The translations under genes and the position numbers were made by a program. This document shows positions 14,020-27,542 of a stretch of DNA of 64,000 nt, piece by piece. Source of the stretch: Anolis carolinensis. Lineage: Eukaryota. The DNA lies in assembly GCF_035594765.1 (NCBI RefSeq), contig NC_085841.1, positions 349,007,402 to 349,071,401 on the forward strand, in the 5' to 3' direction. Every line of letters begins with the position of its first letter. Within the stretch, counting starts at the first letter, position 1. The notes under the pieces are model-generated. The model was given only the letters and a program-made list of their open reading frames with translations, was not told where the DNA came from and ran no database searches.

Positions 14020-17000
14020 CCATCACACTCCTACTAGCAAATCTTTGAACACAGAACAAGAAGTAATGGCAATGGAATCTGGAGCTGCCGTTGAGCCAGA
14101 GAACACCACAAATTCTAAAAGGCAGAGTGTAAACTTGGAGTTATGTGAATCACATAGTGTTTTACTACAAAATAATAATAATGTAATGAACTCTTTTTAA
14201 AGCTAATATTTTTAGGCTGCTCATCCAAAGAAGAATTTTGCTTTAAAAATGCTTCTTTTGGTGCCGCAATTAAAAAATAGTAAAACTTTTTTTCCAGTTT
14301 CTTTATACTTCTCACTGTAATTGAATCATATACGTAACATACACATATGCGTGTAAAATAAAATGTTTCTTAAATCAAAGTATAATGGTGTTATAAATTA
14401 GAAATTCACTGTTGAGTTTTTTGCACTGATTTTTTTAAAAAACCAGAGATGGTTAGCCTGGAATGCTATCATGGGAAATGAAAGTCATTCCTTTCTGACT
14501 TCGGAAATGTAATTCAGGAAGATGGATGCTGCAATCGTAGGTGTTTGTTTTTTTTCTAAAAAGATTGTTTGCACTTAAATAGCTTAATGCTAATAGAGAA
14601 TTACTTTTAAATGGGTGTTTAGACACCTTCTAAAGCTATGTTATTGAAAGAAGAGATCCTTTGTATATTAAACATTTTATTTTAATAATGTTTTCAGCTA
14701 CAATCAGTCTGTATTATATATGTATATAATGTAATTCAGTGATTGGGGAGGAATCAGTCATTACACTAGTAATTTTATCATTTAAGAAAGTGATATTTCT
14801 AATTCAGAAAAAAACATTAAACTATCTTGAATATACGGTTTTGTTTATGTTCTGTTTAAATTAAATCAACTTTGATGTAACATTTTGAATGTAATATTTT
14901 TGGTATGGACATGTTTTAATCCCTGTAAAAGATATACTCCGTTTGAAAAACTACTCAGGTCAGATTCACTACCTATTGAGACTGGATTTAGCCCTGCACT
15001 TTATTCAAAACAGTTTTCTTTTTCTTCCACCTCTATGCTTTGGAACACTACACTAATTTCTGAGATATGTCTAAGTTTTTTTTTTAAATAAACGGTTATT
15101 TAACAGTGCTATTAGCTGTTTTCATATATTAGGAATATATAGTTTAGCATCTTTTAATGGCAGTAGATAACTTCAGGTATTGTTTAAAATCACAGTGTGT
15201 GCTCCACATTCTGCAAAATGCATCAACAATACAGAATAATTTGCCAAAGTAAGCGGTGTTTTAAAGAAAAACAGGTGCCTTGTGTGGGGAGATAGACTTG
15301 AAAATCTATACAACCTGCTGTTTGATTACTTACTATTAAAAACATTTGAACATACTAAAGATTGTAAAATTCCATCCAGTATTTTTGATGAAAGAAAATG
15401 TGACCTGCAACAGCAAGAACTATGGGGATTGGTTCCATATATTGTGATACCAAAAACGATATCGGCCTGACTTGCAGCAAAAATGTGTGCTTAGTTTTCT
15501 CCTTCTCAATTTCAGTTCATTGCCTAAACACGGCTGTGTAACTAGGGGGGAAAGGGCTGCCATGAATTCTTGATATTGCTGCTGAAAAGAAAAAATTCTA
15601 ACTGTTGGGGCTGCAGTTCAAAGGATACACTTGGTTATACAACTCTGTTCCAAGATTTGAATTTCTTCAAACTGCCTTGTTGAGAAGGACTGTTTCTTTG
15701 TTTTCAATCTTAACAGTGTACATCTATTTATGCTTCTTTGCTGGATCCAAAACTCAAATAGGTATACATTTCTAGGATCATCTTCATTACATGGGAATGA
15801 ATCCCATTTTGAACAGCATGTTTCAGAAGCATATGAGTATATATTACCCTTGGATATACCTAAATGACGTATCTAGATTGCAATCAAGACATTTTAGTAG
15901 GTTTGCACTGGGGAAACTGCACTTTTGAGACACCTCTGTCCTGCCATTTAAAATGTGAAAGAAAAAAAGATTAAAGGGATTATTTCAGTTTGCAGCAAGC
16001 TATCCTAGATTCAGGTTCTATGGATGTCTCTTTCTAACCACTGAAGATATCTGAACCCTTCAGTATTTTGGGGATGGTAGCAATATTTACTGCTTTCTCC
16101 CTTCCAGTTCTACTGAAGCCATTTGCAACATCCAACCATTGGCTCTGTATGGTTCCCAGGAAGCAGTAGTCACCTTCATCTTGTTTTCCGGTGGCAAGAA
16201 TGAAATTTGGCTCCGACTTACTGTAATCACTAAACTATTTAACTACACCTGACTTTATTACATATTACTTAAATACAAGGCTCTGGGTTTTTGGATTTTT
16301 TGCAGTATTTGGATAGCAGGTGAGTTTGCATAGCTATCTACTTCAAAAGTAACTTTTCTGTGTTTTCATGTACTTCAGAAGGCAGTGCGTTAAGAGGCTT
16401 CATGAGCAGTTGTCTCAAATTATCACATATAGTTTAGTATTGGTAATCTGCCTTGAGACACACTTCCTTCTAACAAGGAATCTGTATCCATTCCTCAAAG
16501 CACTTACTTTGTCCAAAGTGTGATATGTCAAAAGGTGGCCGCATGAAGAGGCTGGGGACAAATATTTCCTAAAATGCTAGCTTTTGTAAAGGTTTAACAA
16601 TTTCTAGCCTAAAAACAAAGCTTTTCCAAAATTAAATTATTTTTAGTTTTTGGTACATAGACATGACTACCTGGTGGATTTTTGGATACACCTTTTCAAT
16701 TTCCCATGTGCTATATAGGCTTGTCACTAGGTCTGGGAACATATTAAAATAAAAAGAGTGCTGTAAAAATAATAATGAATATCTTTGATAACTCTGCATG
16801 ACTAGTGGTGGTGGGGAACTGTTCAAACAAATGCTGGATTTGAAGCCCTATCTTCTGACTATAGAAAATTACAGGGAGCCCAGCTCTGTCTCATAAAAAT
16901 AGATCTACCTTGGTTGCTATAAGAACTCAAGTCCATAAGCTTATTATTATTAAGGTTATTATTAAATCATAGTTCTCTGTTCTTGCAAGCACTGTTCAGG

Positions 17001-17467
17001 ATATCAAGCAGATAAAAAAGGTCCTTTCCCACCCACCCATGAACTGAAACTATCTGCACAGGAAATACCAGGAACAAATGTAGTCCAACTTACAAACTTG
17101 TTCTTGATCCCAAGTTCTTCCAAAGTTCTCAATCTGAAATCCCTCCAGAAGTTAATAATGTAATGAGTGGCTTCAGAATTTTGAAAATCCAGGGTAGAGT
17201 TATGTCTTAATTTGCTTTTAATTACTGTATTTTAATATTAACATCAAGTTAATACAGAATTTATGGTATAGTATGGGTTATCATATTTGTTAGGCCTATT
17301 TCTAATAATAACTTAACCAGAAACTGCATTTGCCTGACATCTACCAGTCCCCATGGGTGCTGGTTAACAGTTTACTGTAATTTTTGGGGGGGGGGGGGGG
17401 GGGGGAGTGTTATCAAAAAATTTCTTTGAGCTGAAAGGCTCAAAGGATTTATGAGGATCCTGTAGAC

Positions 17468-18044
17468 CAGGCTTGCATAACTTGTCAGTAGAAAGGGGCC
17501 AACATTAGGTAGGCGAAGCCTCTTGAGGCTGCAAATAGTTTAGCACTTCACTTTCCAAGTAAGGTATGATTAGGATTGTTGTTGCGTGCCTTCCAATTAT
17601 TTCAGACTTTGGGCAACTCTAAGGTGACTCTAACAGAGTTTTCTTGTCAAGATTTATTCAAAGATGATTTGCCTTTGTCTTCCTCTGAGACTGAGAGAAT
17701 GTGACCAGCCTAAAGACACCCTGTCAGTTCAAAGCCACAGTTCAAGGTTCAAACCAATACACCATTTCTGAATTTTGATTTCCTTCCGTTTCCTGCCTCC
17801 CTTTTCCCCTCCCCCTGCCTTCTATTTTTCCTGCTTCTTTTTCCTCCCTCCCTCCCCCCCTTTTCCCCTCAGACCCCCATGATGGATAGGAAGGGAAAGC
17901 CCCCCGCCCACCCAGATCCACAAAAAATGATTAGAAAGGGAAGCAACTCGGGGGAGTGGGGTGAAGGTGGGTGGGCTCGGTGGGCTGCACCAAGGCCTTG
18001 TGTGGGCCACATGCAGTCCATGGGCCATATGTTGTGCAGGCCTG
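17468..18044. mobile_element. Probable old hAT-type non-autonomous element
   Basis: caggcttgcataac ... gttgtgcaggcctg inverted termini; flanks do not form a clean TSD. Confidence 0.45.
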
Positions 18045-19290
18045 CTCTACAGTACTGTGTCTCCTCAAAGGTCCACATGGATCCTAGATCATTCCCATTT
18101 ATGCTTCAAAATATTCAGGATCCATGAGTCTTTAAATTGCATTACACTTTTCCAATAGCAATTGAAGTCTTAAAACAAAAATATCCCCAGATCCAAAATA
18201 TTTATGTTTATTGTTTTAACAAGAGCATGCCCAGTGTCATGTGCCTGACATTCTGGATTAAATGATTAAACTTACAAAATGCTGGTGTTTGTAAATGCTT
18301 CATTTGAAATTACTGTACTTGTATTTTTAGCTCTGTTGCAAGAATAGGAAGCATCTGACATTTTTATGCCTCTTATTCTTATTGCTTTGTGTGAACAGAA
18401 CATCGTGCTGGAGGAAGGAGGGTGGAGAAGCATTTTTCATCATCTCTGCCATGAAGTACCTCCCTCAATTTGGTCTGGATGGTCACAACAGTTGTGGAGG
18501 GGAGGAGGATGGGAATAACCCTTTTTTAACAACAGGATTTTCCACTGTCTCTCAGTCCTTCACATAAATATATAAGAGCTTCTGTTTGCCAAAGGGCAAA
18601 TCTGAATTCAACTCATAGTAGCATCTTGTTGCTTTACCCAAATGTCACTTTAAGATAATTCTTTCTTAATGCACAGAAAAACACATTATTTCTGTACTGT
18701 GAGATTTGCATGGGCAGACGCCTCTTTAATATCCCTGCAGCTTTTCTGCAAAACATGCTAAGAAAAGCTTACCTCCAAGCTGCAAGGTAAGATTTTGGCT
18801 ACTATCTGTCTGACTGTTCATTTTTTGAATTCTGGAAAAATTGTATGGCCATGATTCTTTGACAGGTTTTCTCTTCTAAGGTTTCTGTTGATGGATATAA
18901 GAACCAGTTAATGCAGTGTTATCTGTTAAGATTCCCTACTCTGATGACTAATTTGTAGCATTATTTTTTTTTTAAAATCACACTATCCTTTTACTTTGGA
19001 AAATAATATCTTTTCCAAAGAACATAATCTCTCTAATGTTGATGGTTTCTTTTCAAAACTAGATTTCCCCCCCCCCCCCCGAAAAAGAGAGAGAGAATCT
19101 AAATGCCTTTTGGTAACTCTGGAAGGAAAACTTTAAAAATTATGGAAAGGGATCTTTTGTAGTACTTTATAGGCTAATTTAGAGAATGAAGTTGGTAACA
19201 TAACCTTTCATAGACTTAAGTGTGCACACACAAGTCTAAAGTTTTATGCTACCAACCTCTTTCTCAAGCGAGTATCTAAAATGCTACAAG

Positions 19291-19629
19291 CAGGCCCGGC
19301 CCTAGATAATTTCGCCTAGTAGGCGAACCTAGGGCCACGCCCCTCCCCCAAAATTGCTCCCCCCCTCCCCACATACCGGCGGCGGCGGCTGGGAAGGCCT
19401 AGCTGTTCTTGTGAGGCCTGGCGAGTTCTCGCCAGGCCTCACGAGAAGAGCTAGGCCTTCCTGGAGGCCTTCCTGGAGGCCTTCCTCCTTCTGCGGTGCT
19501 TCTATCGCACGCGCGATACACCAGCAGCGCTATAATTACTCGGGGGCGCTGTCAAAGCCTCGACAGCGCCCCCCTTTGACGTGCGCCCCAAGCGGCGGCT
19601 TCAGCTGCTTCAACGTTAGACGGGGCCTG
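19291..19629. mobile_element. Young CpG-rich hAT MITE
   Basis: caggccc...gggcctg terminal inverted repeats; perfect 8-bp TSD GCTACAAG at 19283-19290 and 19630-19637. Confidence 0.9.
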
Positions 19630-20404
19630 GCTACAAGATCCCTTTGCATATTTATATTCCAGATGAACACAGCTATTTATGTTTTTGGATTAAAAAATAA
19701 TGTATTTACAAGAAACTATTTCTGCCCCAAGATTACTTTCATATATTAGTGGGTCTTCTAGCACAAATGCACAATGTAACCTGAAATGACTGAAGTACAA
19801 AATTTGCTTTCAGTGTTCAAACTTCCATACTATAGGAAAATGTCTAAAGGCAATAGCAACAATGATTCAACTGTGCCATTATAAATCCATGCAGAAACAA
19901 TCTGCTTATTTACATATATAATTTCAGAGAGTCTTATCTGTATGATTACATTCAAAGTTGATAGTGTGACACATACCAGACGATAATAAGCAGGCACAAA
20001 TGTCAAAACGACCAAATGACTTATCAAATAAGGCGGAGTACAATAATACCTCTACAGTAATGTTTTTAAAAAGTACAAATACCATTTTAACATGTCATAA
20101 ATAAAGACAATATAACATTTAATATAAAAATTGTAACAAAATCATTCTAACAACGCAGCACAATTAAAAATATGATCCACTTATGGGAAAACAAAAGTTT
20201 TGTATATTTGGAAATTAAAAAGAATCAAGGTGCATTCTGAGCTACAAAAATGGTGCTTTTACAGTTGGCTCCTTAAAAAAAAAAGTAAGTCCCAAAGGAA
20301 TGGGGTTATTGTAATGTCTTGATGCAGCATGTGAGGGTATAAGGCACTGTTGCCATTGGTGTACCTTTAAAAGAATATGGAGAGCACAAGGGATTCTTGG
20401 TCCA

Positions 20405-20485
20405 TCAGTATCCTCCACCTCTTCGTTCCAGAGCGGGCAAATGGTACTGTTTCACAGGAGATTTAAATTCTTTCTGTTTCTCAGA
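20405..20485 (-). CDS. MOK: MOK exon 12 (terminal; SEKQKEFKSPVKQYHLPALERRGGGY*)
   Basis: caacag|TCT acceptor; TGA stop; resembles the MOK C-terminus. Confidence 0.88.
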   Translation of the reverse strand, partial: SEKQKEFKSPVKQYHLPALERRGGGY

Positions 20486-20565
20486 CTGTTGAAAGACAAT
20501 AGAAGTTACAATGGCCTGTAATTTGTCTCTGTAAAATTATATGTAATCTGACAAGGCAAAATTAC

Positions 20566-20769
20566 CTTATGGTGTGTCCCAAAATAAGTTATAGGCTGCA
20601 ACAACTGGACTTGTCTGTTTGTTGCTGGGAGGGCAAAAATTGACTGAAATGTAGGATTAGAGTAAGAAGTCAGGTTGGTGACTGCAGGGACTGTCACTTT
20701 TGGCAACTCTACTGCATAGGGAAGTCCATGAAGTCCCAATGGATACTCCTGGGTTTGCCTAAAAAAGTT
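20566..20769 (-). CDS. MOK: MOK exon 11
   Basis: ...PYAVELPK...SYSNPTFQS... matches the MOK tail; AAG|gtaatt donor; 5' boundary set by frame (weak aag acceptor). Confidence 0.8.
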
Positions 20770-21334
20770 CTTTTTGAAATATAAAAGTACAGGTTCATTT
20801 TTTTTTTACAGAATTAGCACTTTGATATGTCAAACGTCTGATACCACTCACATATGGCCCTCTGCTGCTGCCCCATGCTGGTCTGCATATATGCAAATGC
20901 TTCCACCCCATGCATACATGCATGTGTCACGTCAATGAAAATAAAACATGCATAGTAGTCTTGATATGTACTTAGATCAAAGTGGGAACAAATACATCTA
21001 GTTTAGTCATTCCAATATTTTTGAAGCAGGGAAGGGCCAAGTGCAGCACTGCCTTAGCATGTGGTTCCCAAGCCTGTTTTTACATCCCTTGCACAAACAC
21101 TCCCAATACTTCTTTCTGTTGAACATAATATTTCCTGGATTAGCAATTTTACTTTTAAATTACTAGCAGCTCTCCTATGTTGCTTAACATGTTTTAGGAA
21201 AACTATTTTCAAATAGATTAGTAAAAGCCTAATTAAGAAAAAAGTATCCATGCCAAAAGTGGATAACAGGAAAACAAATTAGTGTTCTTCACTGCCATTA
21301 ATTTTAGAGGAGGGACAAACATTCCAATTCAGCC

Positions 21335-22500
21335 TAAAACAAACTCATTTTGAATCAGAGTTGGAAGAGACAAGGAACATCCAATCCGACCCCAATATTC
21401 CCTGCAGGAACACACAAAGCACTCTTGACAGATGGCCTTCCATCTGAAGCAGAACCATTGGTTGAACACCCCTTGGGTTTAGCTTTTCAATTACAAATCC
21501 ACCTAACTGTAGCATTGTGTGGCCCACATCTTACTAGCTTGTTTCCAATAATATCATGGAACCTAGCCAAAGGCCATACTGAAATCAAAGTATGCTATAT
21601 CCATAGCTTTCTTCTACCATGCTTGTAATGCTATCATGTTGACGTTTAGTGATTATAGTTCTTACATACTGTATGTTTAATGATGTGAATCTTTTCTTGA
21701 ATTGACATCAGGCTGGCTGGATGGTAATTGTTTGGTAATTGTTTTCCCTCTTTGAAGATAAGACATCTCTTGTTCTCTGGGAATTCTCAAAGACTACTGC
21801 CACTGATTCTGAGATTACTCCCTCCAGTTCTTTTAATACCCCTAAATGTAGTTTATCTGGTCCTGGAGACTTGAATTCATTTAGAGTTACCAGGTATTCC
21901 TGTGTTACCTTTTTACAAATTCTGTGCTGCATTTCCCCTACTGCACCATCTGCTCCATTTCCCCCATATTAAGCATGGTTTTCCTTTTGGTAAAAGACCA
22001 GGAAAAGTGTTGAGCGATTCTGCCTTTTCTCTGTCCCCTGTTAGCATTTTGCCATTTCCACACAGTGACTCTACCATCTCCTTAGGTCTTCTTTTGCTTT
22101 TCAATGTTTTTAACCTCTTTAGCAAATCTGAGATCACTCTTACATTGCTTTTCTGACTTTCTTTCTACACATACTATTTGTTAGAATTCCTCTTTGGCGA
22201 ATTCTCCCTTTTGTGTGCATCCCTTTTAAGTTTTAGTTCAATTTGAACTTCTTTTGTCATCCATCTTGGTTTCTGTAGACACCTCCCATGTTTCCTCCTA
22301 ATTAGAACAGTTTGAAATTGTGCCTTTGATATCTCACTTTTAAGAAGTGCTTTCCCGTCATCAATTCCCTTCTCATTTAATGGTCTTGATTACGTGATTG
22401 CAGCTGGTTTTCCCCTAATTTTTTACTGAAGTCAGCTTTCTTAAAGTCTAGATATTATGTCTCACTATGCTTGATTTCCCCCTTCTACTGTATAACAACC
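21335..22500 (-). mobile_element. Old degenerate CR1 LINE ORF2 fragments
   Basis: Broken frames LNEFKSPGPDKLHLGVLKEL and LTGDREKAESLNTF, homologous to the younger CR1 at 55-56 kb. Confidence 0.8.
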
Positions 22501-23013
22501 CCAGGAGAATATGGTAATTCCCACCTAAGAATTCTGCTACTTCCATAAAATCTGTTTTAGGAACTAATAAAAGAGTGCTTTGTTGGTGCCCTTGGAATAA
22601 TTCTGTGATTAATGAATATTGGCTATATTAGCCTGGGTACAAGTTCAAATTTGCTCAAATAATAATTTCCAGAAAATGTGTGAGTAATGTATTCAAGTGT
22701 GGCTTCACTGCATGCTGTTACATTGTTACTTCAAAAGACTGAATGCCGTGCTACCACAGTACACTGCTATTCCAGTCTATAATTATGGCAGTGTATTTTT
22801 GCAAAGCCTTGTTGAATTTATGTGTCGTACTTAGACAGGCAATGTTAGGATATAGCAAAAATATTCACAAATCGGGTAAGCTTCTGATGCCAAGAATCTT
22901 AAAACATGTTTCACCTTTGGGTTCTGTTAATCAAATCTGACACAGGACTATTTTGTTGCAAGTCAAAACAACACTAGTTAAATAGATTTATTTGTCCTTG
23001 ATTTAAAGATTAC

Positions 23014-23119
23014 CTGCCTTTGATCCTCCTTTGCAATACGCCGCAAGTTGAGGGACTCTCTTTCTAATGGATTTTCTACTAATCTCATTTTTCTACGCAT
23101 GGCCTGTTTCTCTGCCCAC
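23014..23119 (-). CDS. MOK: MOK exon 10
   Basis: aacag|G...CAG|gtaatc; WAEKQAMRRK...EDQRQ; phases fit. Confidence 0.85.
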
Positions 23120-23373
23120 CTGTTCAGTGCAAAGCCAGACAAAATACCAGATACAAAAATTGAAATTCATTCATATCAGCTAGAGAGTCAAATCATCATA
23201 ACATAGTCAGTTTCCCAGTTATGCTAATTAGTTAAAATATAGGTGTTAATTACCTAGAACTTGTGAGTTAAGTTTTTGTAGATGCTATAAATAGCAGTCA
23301 TGCTCCTATTGGAATCATTTCCAAATCCAAGTTAATTGTTTAGTTCTTGTCAAACAACTGGGACACTGCTTAC

Positions 23374-23547
23374 CTCAGTTCTCGGAAGTAAGGATGCTGT
23401 AATGCTTCATGGGCACAAATTCTCTCATCGGGATCATATTGTATCATTGCATATATAAGTGAAAGGCTCTTATTGGATAGACTAGGCATAAATGGAGAGA
23501 TTCCTTTCCCTTTTCTTATTGGAAAATCAAAGCTCATCACTCTTGAC
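23374..23547 (-). CDS. MOK: MOK exon 9
   Basis: SRVMSFDFPIRKGKGI...YDPDERICAHEALQHPYF (kinase subdomain XI); GT-AG. Confidence 0.95.
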
Positions 23548-24792
23548 CTGCATTAAGCCAGCAAAAGAAAGCTTTTATTTTATAAGGAAGAGAAACACTA
23601 GACCTTATAAATCCAATCTTCATAGTTGAAGACACGTTTGTTCTTCATTCAACCACTCTATTCTTTCAAGGTTGGGAAGTTACCCCAAGGATTCCCCACT
23701 CCAGCTAATCTCAATTAAAATACTGTCTTTTACATCAGAAAAGGAACAGTACAATCATTTCCTTCAAAATGTATTCTTATTAAGAGTAAATACACAGGTA
23801 AGAAAGAAGAAATGAAGCCTGGATTTAGTTCTTCATCAGCTACTGATAACGTGATGAAATGATGTAGGCTTGACAAATAAATTAGCTCACCTTTAGAATT
23901 TACAGTATTAACATCACTGTCGCTGCACTGAGGAAATCTAGGCAGGTTCCCTTGCTCTTTCCACAATTGGTGAAGACCTTTTTGTTTGGCAGGCCTTTTG
24001 AGGACATGGCTGTTTAGGAAGAACAGGCCTTGCATAATGTGCTACATTTCCTATTTGTTGGGTTCTTTTATTGATTTATGGTTTCAATTGGTTTTACTTT
24101 TTTGATAGTTTAAGTATGTTTTAAACTTTTTGCTTGCTGTGGGCTTTTGCCCATGTTTGTTTTAACTGGTAAGCAACCTGAGTAAATAGGGATTATGGTG
24201 GTAGTTTTTGTGATTCATACAAGTGAATCTTTTACTTATACATAGCCATGGCAGGAGCATTTTAAAACTTAGTAACCAAAACTGGCCTCCAGATATCATC
24301 AACCTGTTTGATCTTTATATCTATTTTGTTTATATACCTATATACCTGGTGTCATGCAAGACTTTCTCTGGCAGAAAGAGATGTGAACAGAAAAAGTTTA
24401 AGAAGCCCTGGTTTAAAGTGTATAGGTAGAGAATGGAATCAGATGAGTGAAAACAGGTCTACTGAAAACTAGAAAGGGGTTCGAGATGCATCTTGTTTCG
24501 AGAGCTATGAGCAGAAATGTCTCTGCTAGTTACAGCACACCTGCAATGAAGCAAACTCGAAGCTTATTTTTAAATGGAAACGTAGATGCTAAATAATCAA
24601 ACACATTCATAAAATGACCCCAATCTCTTGTATGACTATACAATGAACTCTGATGAAATAGGGCACAGGCTGCATTAAATTTCAAAGCCTAATGCATCTA
24701 TAAGCTGGCAGACAATATAAATCAGAAACTTTATATAATCTTAATAATATATTGAATGCACTGTTAGATTTGAGAAGTTACATTATACTTAC

Positions 24793-24894
24793 TGCTTAAA
24801 TTTATTAAGGACCTTCATGGGGGGAGTACCTATAATTTCGTGGATTTTTGAGATTTGGTCCAGTTCGTTAGATCCAGGGAAAAGAGGGTGGAAA
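24793..24894 (-). CDS. MOK: MOK exon 8
   Basis: FHPLFPGSNELDQISKIHEIIGTP; GT-AG. Confidence 0.95.
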
Positions 24895-25556
24895 CTAGAA
24901 ATAAAATCAGGAATTAAACTGGTAAGTAGTGAAAATTACGCACGAGTAGACAAATCTAAGCTTTTGTTGTGTTAAGAGAACTGTTCATTTTCAATCTTAA
25001 ATAGTATTATTTAGTTACCACAATATTTTAACAATGTTAGTGGTGGTTGTCATCTTGCTTTGGTATCAGATATGAGAGGACAATGAGGACTACTAACTAT
25101 AAAACTGACATATGATGCTCAGTTACCCCCCCCCCCCCCCCCCCCCGGCAATGTGTTGTGTTCAGCATTTTTAAAAATGGAACAGCACGAATGCTATAAG
25201 CAACTTTAGGAAAAAGATTTCAGTAGCAGGAAAGAGAAGGTTGCAAAAAAGGGGGAAAGCTCAAACATCTGAAACAATTTTACTGAATTTTACAATTCAA
25301 TCCATACATCCACACAGCTCAGTAATGTTTGTTAACTGGCAAAAGTTCTCGATGATGTGCCCTTAAGACTGTGCTATTAGTGGTACCAGACACTGAATCT
25401 GGAGTCTTCTCCACACTAAGCATGTGCTGTTACCACTTGAGTGCAGCTTCTCAGTGTTTATCATGTCTGAACAGTTCTAACATCTGCACAAGCCTGATTA
25501 CAGTGTGGATGTAATAGAAGGTCAAACAATCTATTCTTTACAGATAAATAATGTAC

Positions 25557-25735
25557 CTTGCAATTTCATAAAACACACAGCCAGCGCTCCAGATGTCCAT
25601 TTTGTAGCTGTAGTAGCCATCTGTCAGAAGACATTCAGGTGCCCTGTACCATCGGGTAGAGATGTATTCTGTATACGGCTGTTTGGAATGTATACTCCTA
25701 CAGGATCCAAAATCCCCTAATTTGAGAAGGTCCTG
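25557..25735 (-). CDS. MOK: MOK exon 7 (DFG, TEY activation loop, APE)
   Basis: [34 protein letters not shown]...; CAGCAG acceptor. Confidence 0.97.
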
Positions 25736-26642
25736 CTGCAAGAATGTAAGTTTTATATCTCAAATGAAAAGACATTCAGATAAAATTTAACATCTACTTT
25801 AAAAATAACAATATTTTAATGTTTTAAAAATGATATTTGTATTGCTGTAATTGTTTTCTTATATGTTGCCTCGGAAGCCTTTCTGGGTTGGGGTCTGACA
25901 CAGAAGTATTTTAAATGGATATATAATTAATATATAAACTGAAGATCAGAAGGAAATCTTCCTTCCCGTTCTCATTGTGTTAATATCTGGGGCACGCATT
26001 ACTTTTGAATTAACTGTATATGCAATAGCATCTACTCAAATCTTAATCACAACTAAAACAGACCCCCTGAATCAATACAAATTTGATTAGGTCAGCACGT
26101 AAGTGCAATTAATTCAATTTGGTCTAAAAACTGAACTCATGCTAGTATCTACAATATTTGGAAGACATGAATATAGATTTGAACACTACCACTTTAGAAA
26201 GCTGCAAGAAAAAAATACAAGTTTGTCACTTTGGAATGGATTAAAATAGATTGGCCTGGTTTACAAAAGGTATCTTGCTTTTCTTTGCCGACAGAAACTG
26301 AAAATAGTTGAGCATCATAAATTGAAAAGCAAGGGCATCTGAATCTTGATCAGAAAATTATGAGATTAGAAGCAAAATGTATTTTTTAACCCTGGACCTA
26401 AAACAAAAATGAGTTTTTGGACTTTCTCAACTGTGGAAACCTGATGGTGAAATCCCTTCCCTTTGGAGGACCAATTGGAGCCAATGCGGTACTGGGTGAA
26501 TTCTGGAATGCACTAAAAACTCAGTGTTTTAACTTTTACTATGGGTTCTGACTGCTTTATCCCCTCCCCCCCAAATGCCCATTATTTTACACCTTTTTCC
26601 TGTTTAACCCATTTTAACCCACAGCATAATTTAAAACAATTA

Positions 26643-27284
26643 TCTATATATATATAAAAGGGTAATGAAATTTCGGCCTAGGACAAAACAACAAAACTAC
26701 ACATCCCAGAAACATTAAACTTGGCAGCACAACCCCTCATCTATGCCTCTACGTTCATACAACAAAAAGAAAAGAAAAATAAAGTCCTAATTAGAGGGAG
26801 AAGAATAATTGTTTTTATCCAATTGCTGCCAGTTAGAAGGCTAAGCTCCGCCCACTTAGTCTCCTTGCAACCCACTCAGCCCAGGGGACAGGCAGAGTTA
26901 GGCCTCACTTAGGCCTCTTCCCCACTGCCTATAAAATACAGATTATTGGATTTAAACTGGATTACAGTATATGGCAGTGTAGACTCAAGGCCCTTCCACA
27001 CAGCTATATAACCCATTTATAATCTTATATTATCTGCTTTGAACTGGATTATCTTGAGTCCACACTGGCATATAATCCACTTCAGTGTGCATTTTATACA
27101 GCTGTGTAGAAGGGGCCTCATATAATCCAGTTCTAAGCAGATAATATAAGATTATAAATATAATATGTAATAATTACTGTGATATAATAATACAGAACAA
27201 TATAATCTCTAAAATCAGGACAGTAAATAAAGAACAACACTCTGAAAGCATAAGCCACAGCAACGCGTGGCCGGGCAAAGCTAG
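26643..27284 (+). mobile_element. Non-autonomous Helitron
   Basis: A|TC 5' end, subterminal hairpin gccacagcaacgcgtggc, CTAG|T 3' end, no TSD. Confidence 0.85.
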
Positions 27285-27493
27285 TAGTCTTATAAAATTA
27301 TTCTTCTATATTTTACCTATATGCTCCCTTGGGTTCCTATGATATTTGGTGAAATACAGATATTTTAATGAAATTAAAATGCTACAGGCTGCATTCAGAG
27401 GAAAGAAATAGGAAACCAACTCTTGAGTATTCCTTGCGTAAGAAAACCCTATGAAATTCATGAAGTCAGCACAACTTGATAGAGAATTCTTAC

Positions 27494-27542
27494 CTTTATT
27501 AATATATTTTCTGGTTTCACGTCTCTGTGAAATATTCCATTC
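27494..27542 (-). CDS. MOK: MOK exon 6 (catalytic loop)
   Basis: NGIFHRDVKPENILIK; GT-AG. Confidence 0.96.

Noticed and set aside
17386-17405. G20 homopolymer (also C21 at 25126-25146) as G-quadruplex regulators
   Set aside because: Simple homopolymers with no supporting context; lengths are unreliable in assemblies
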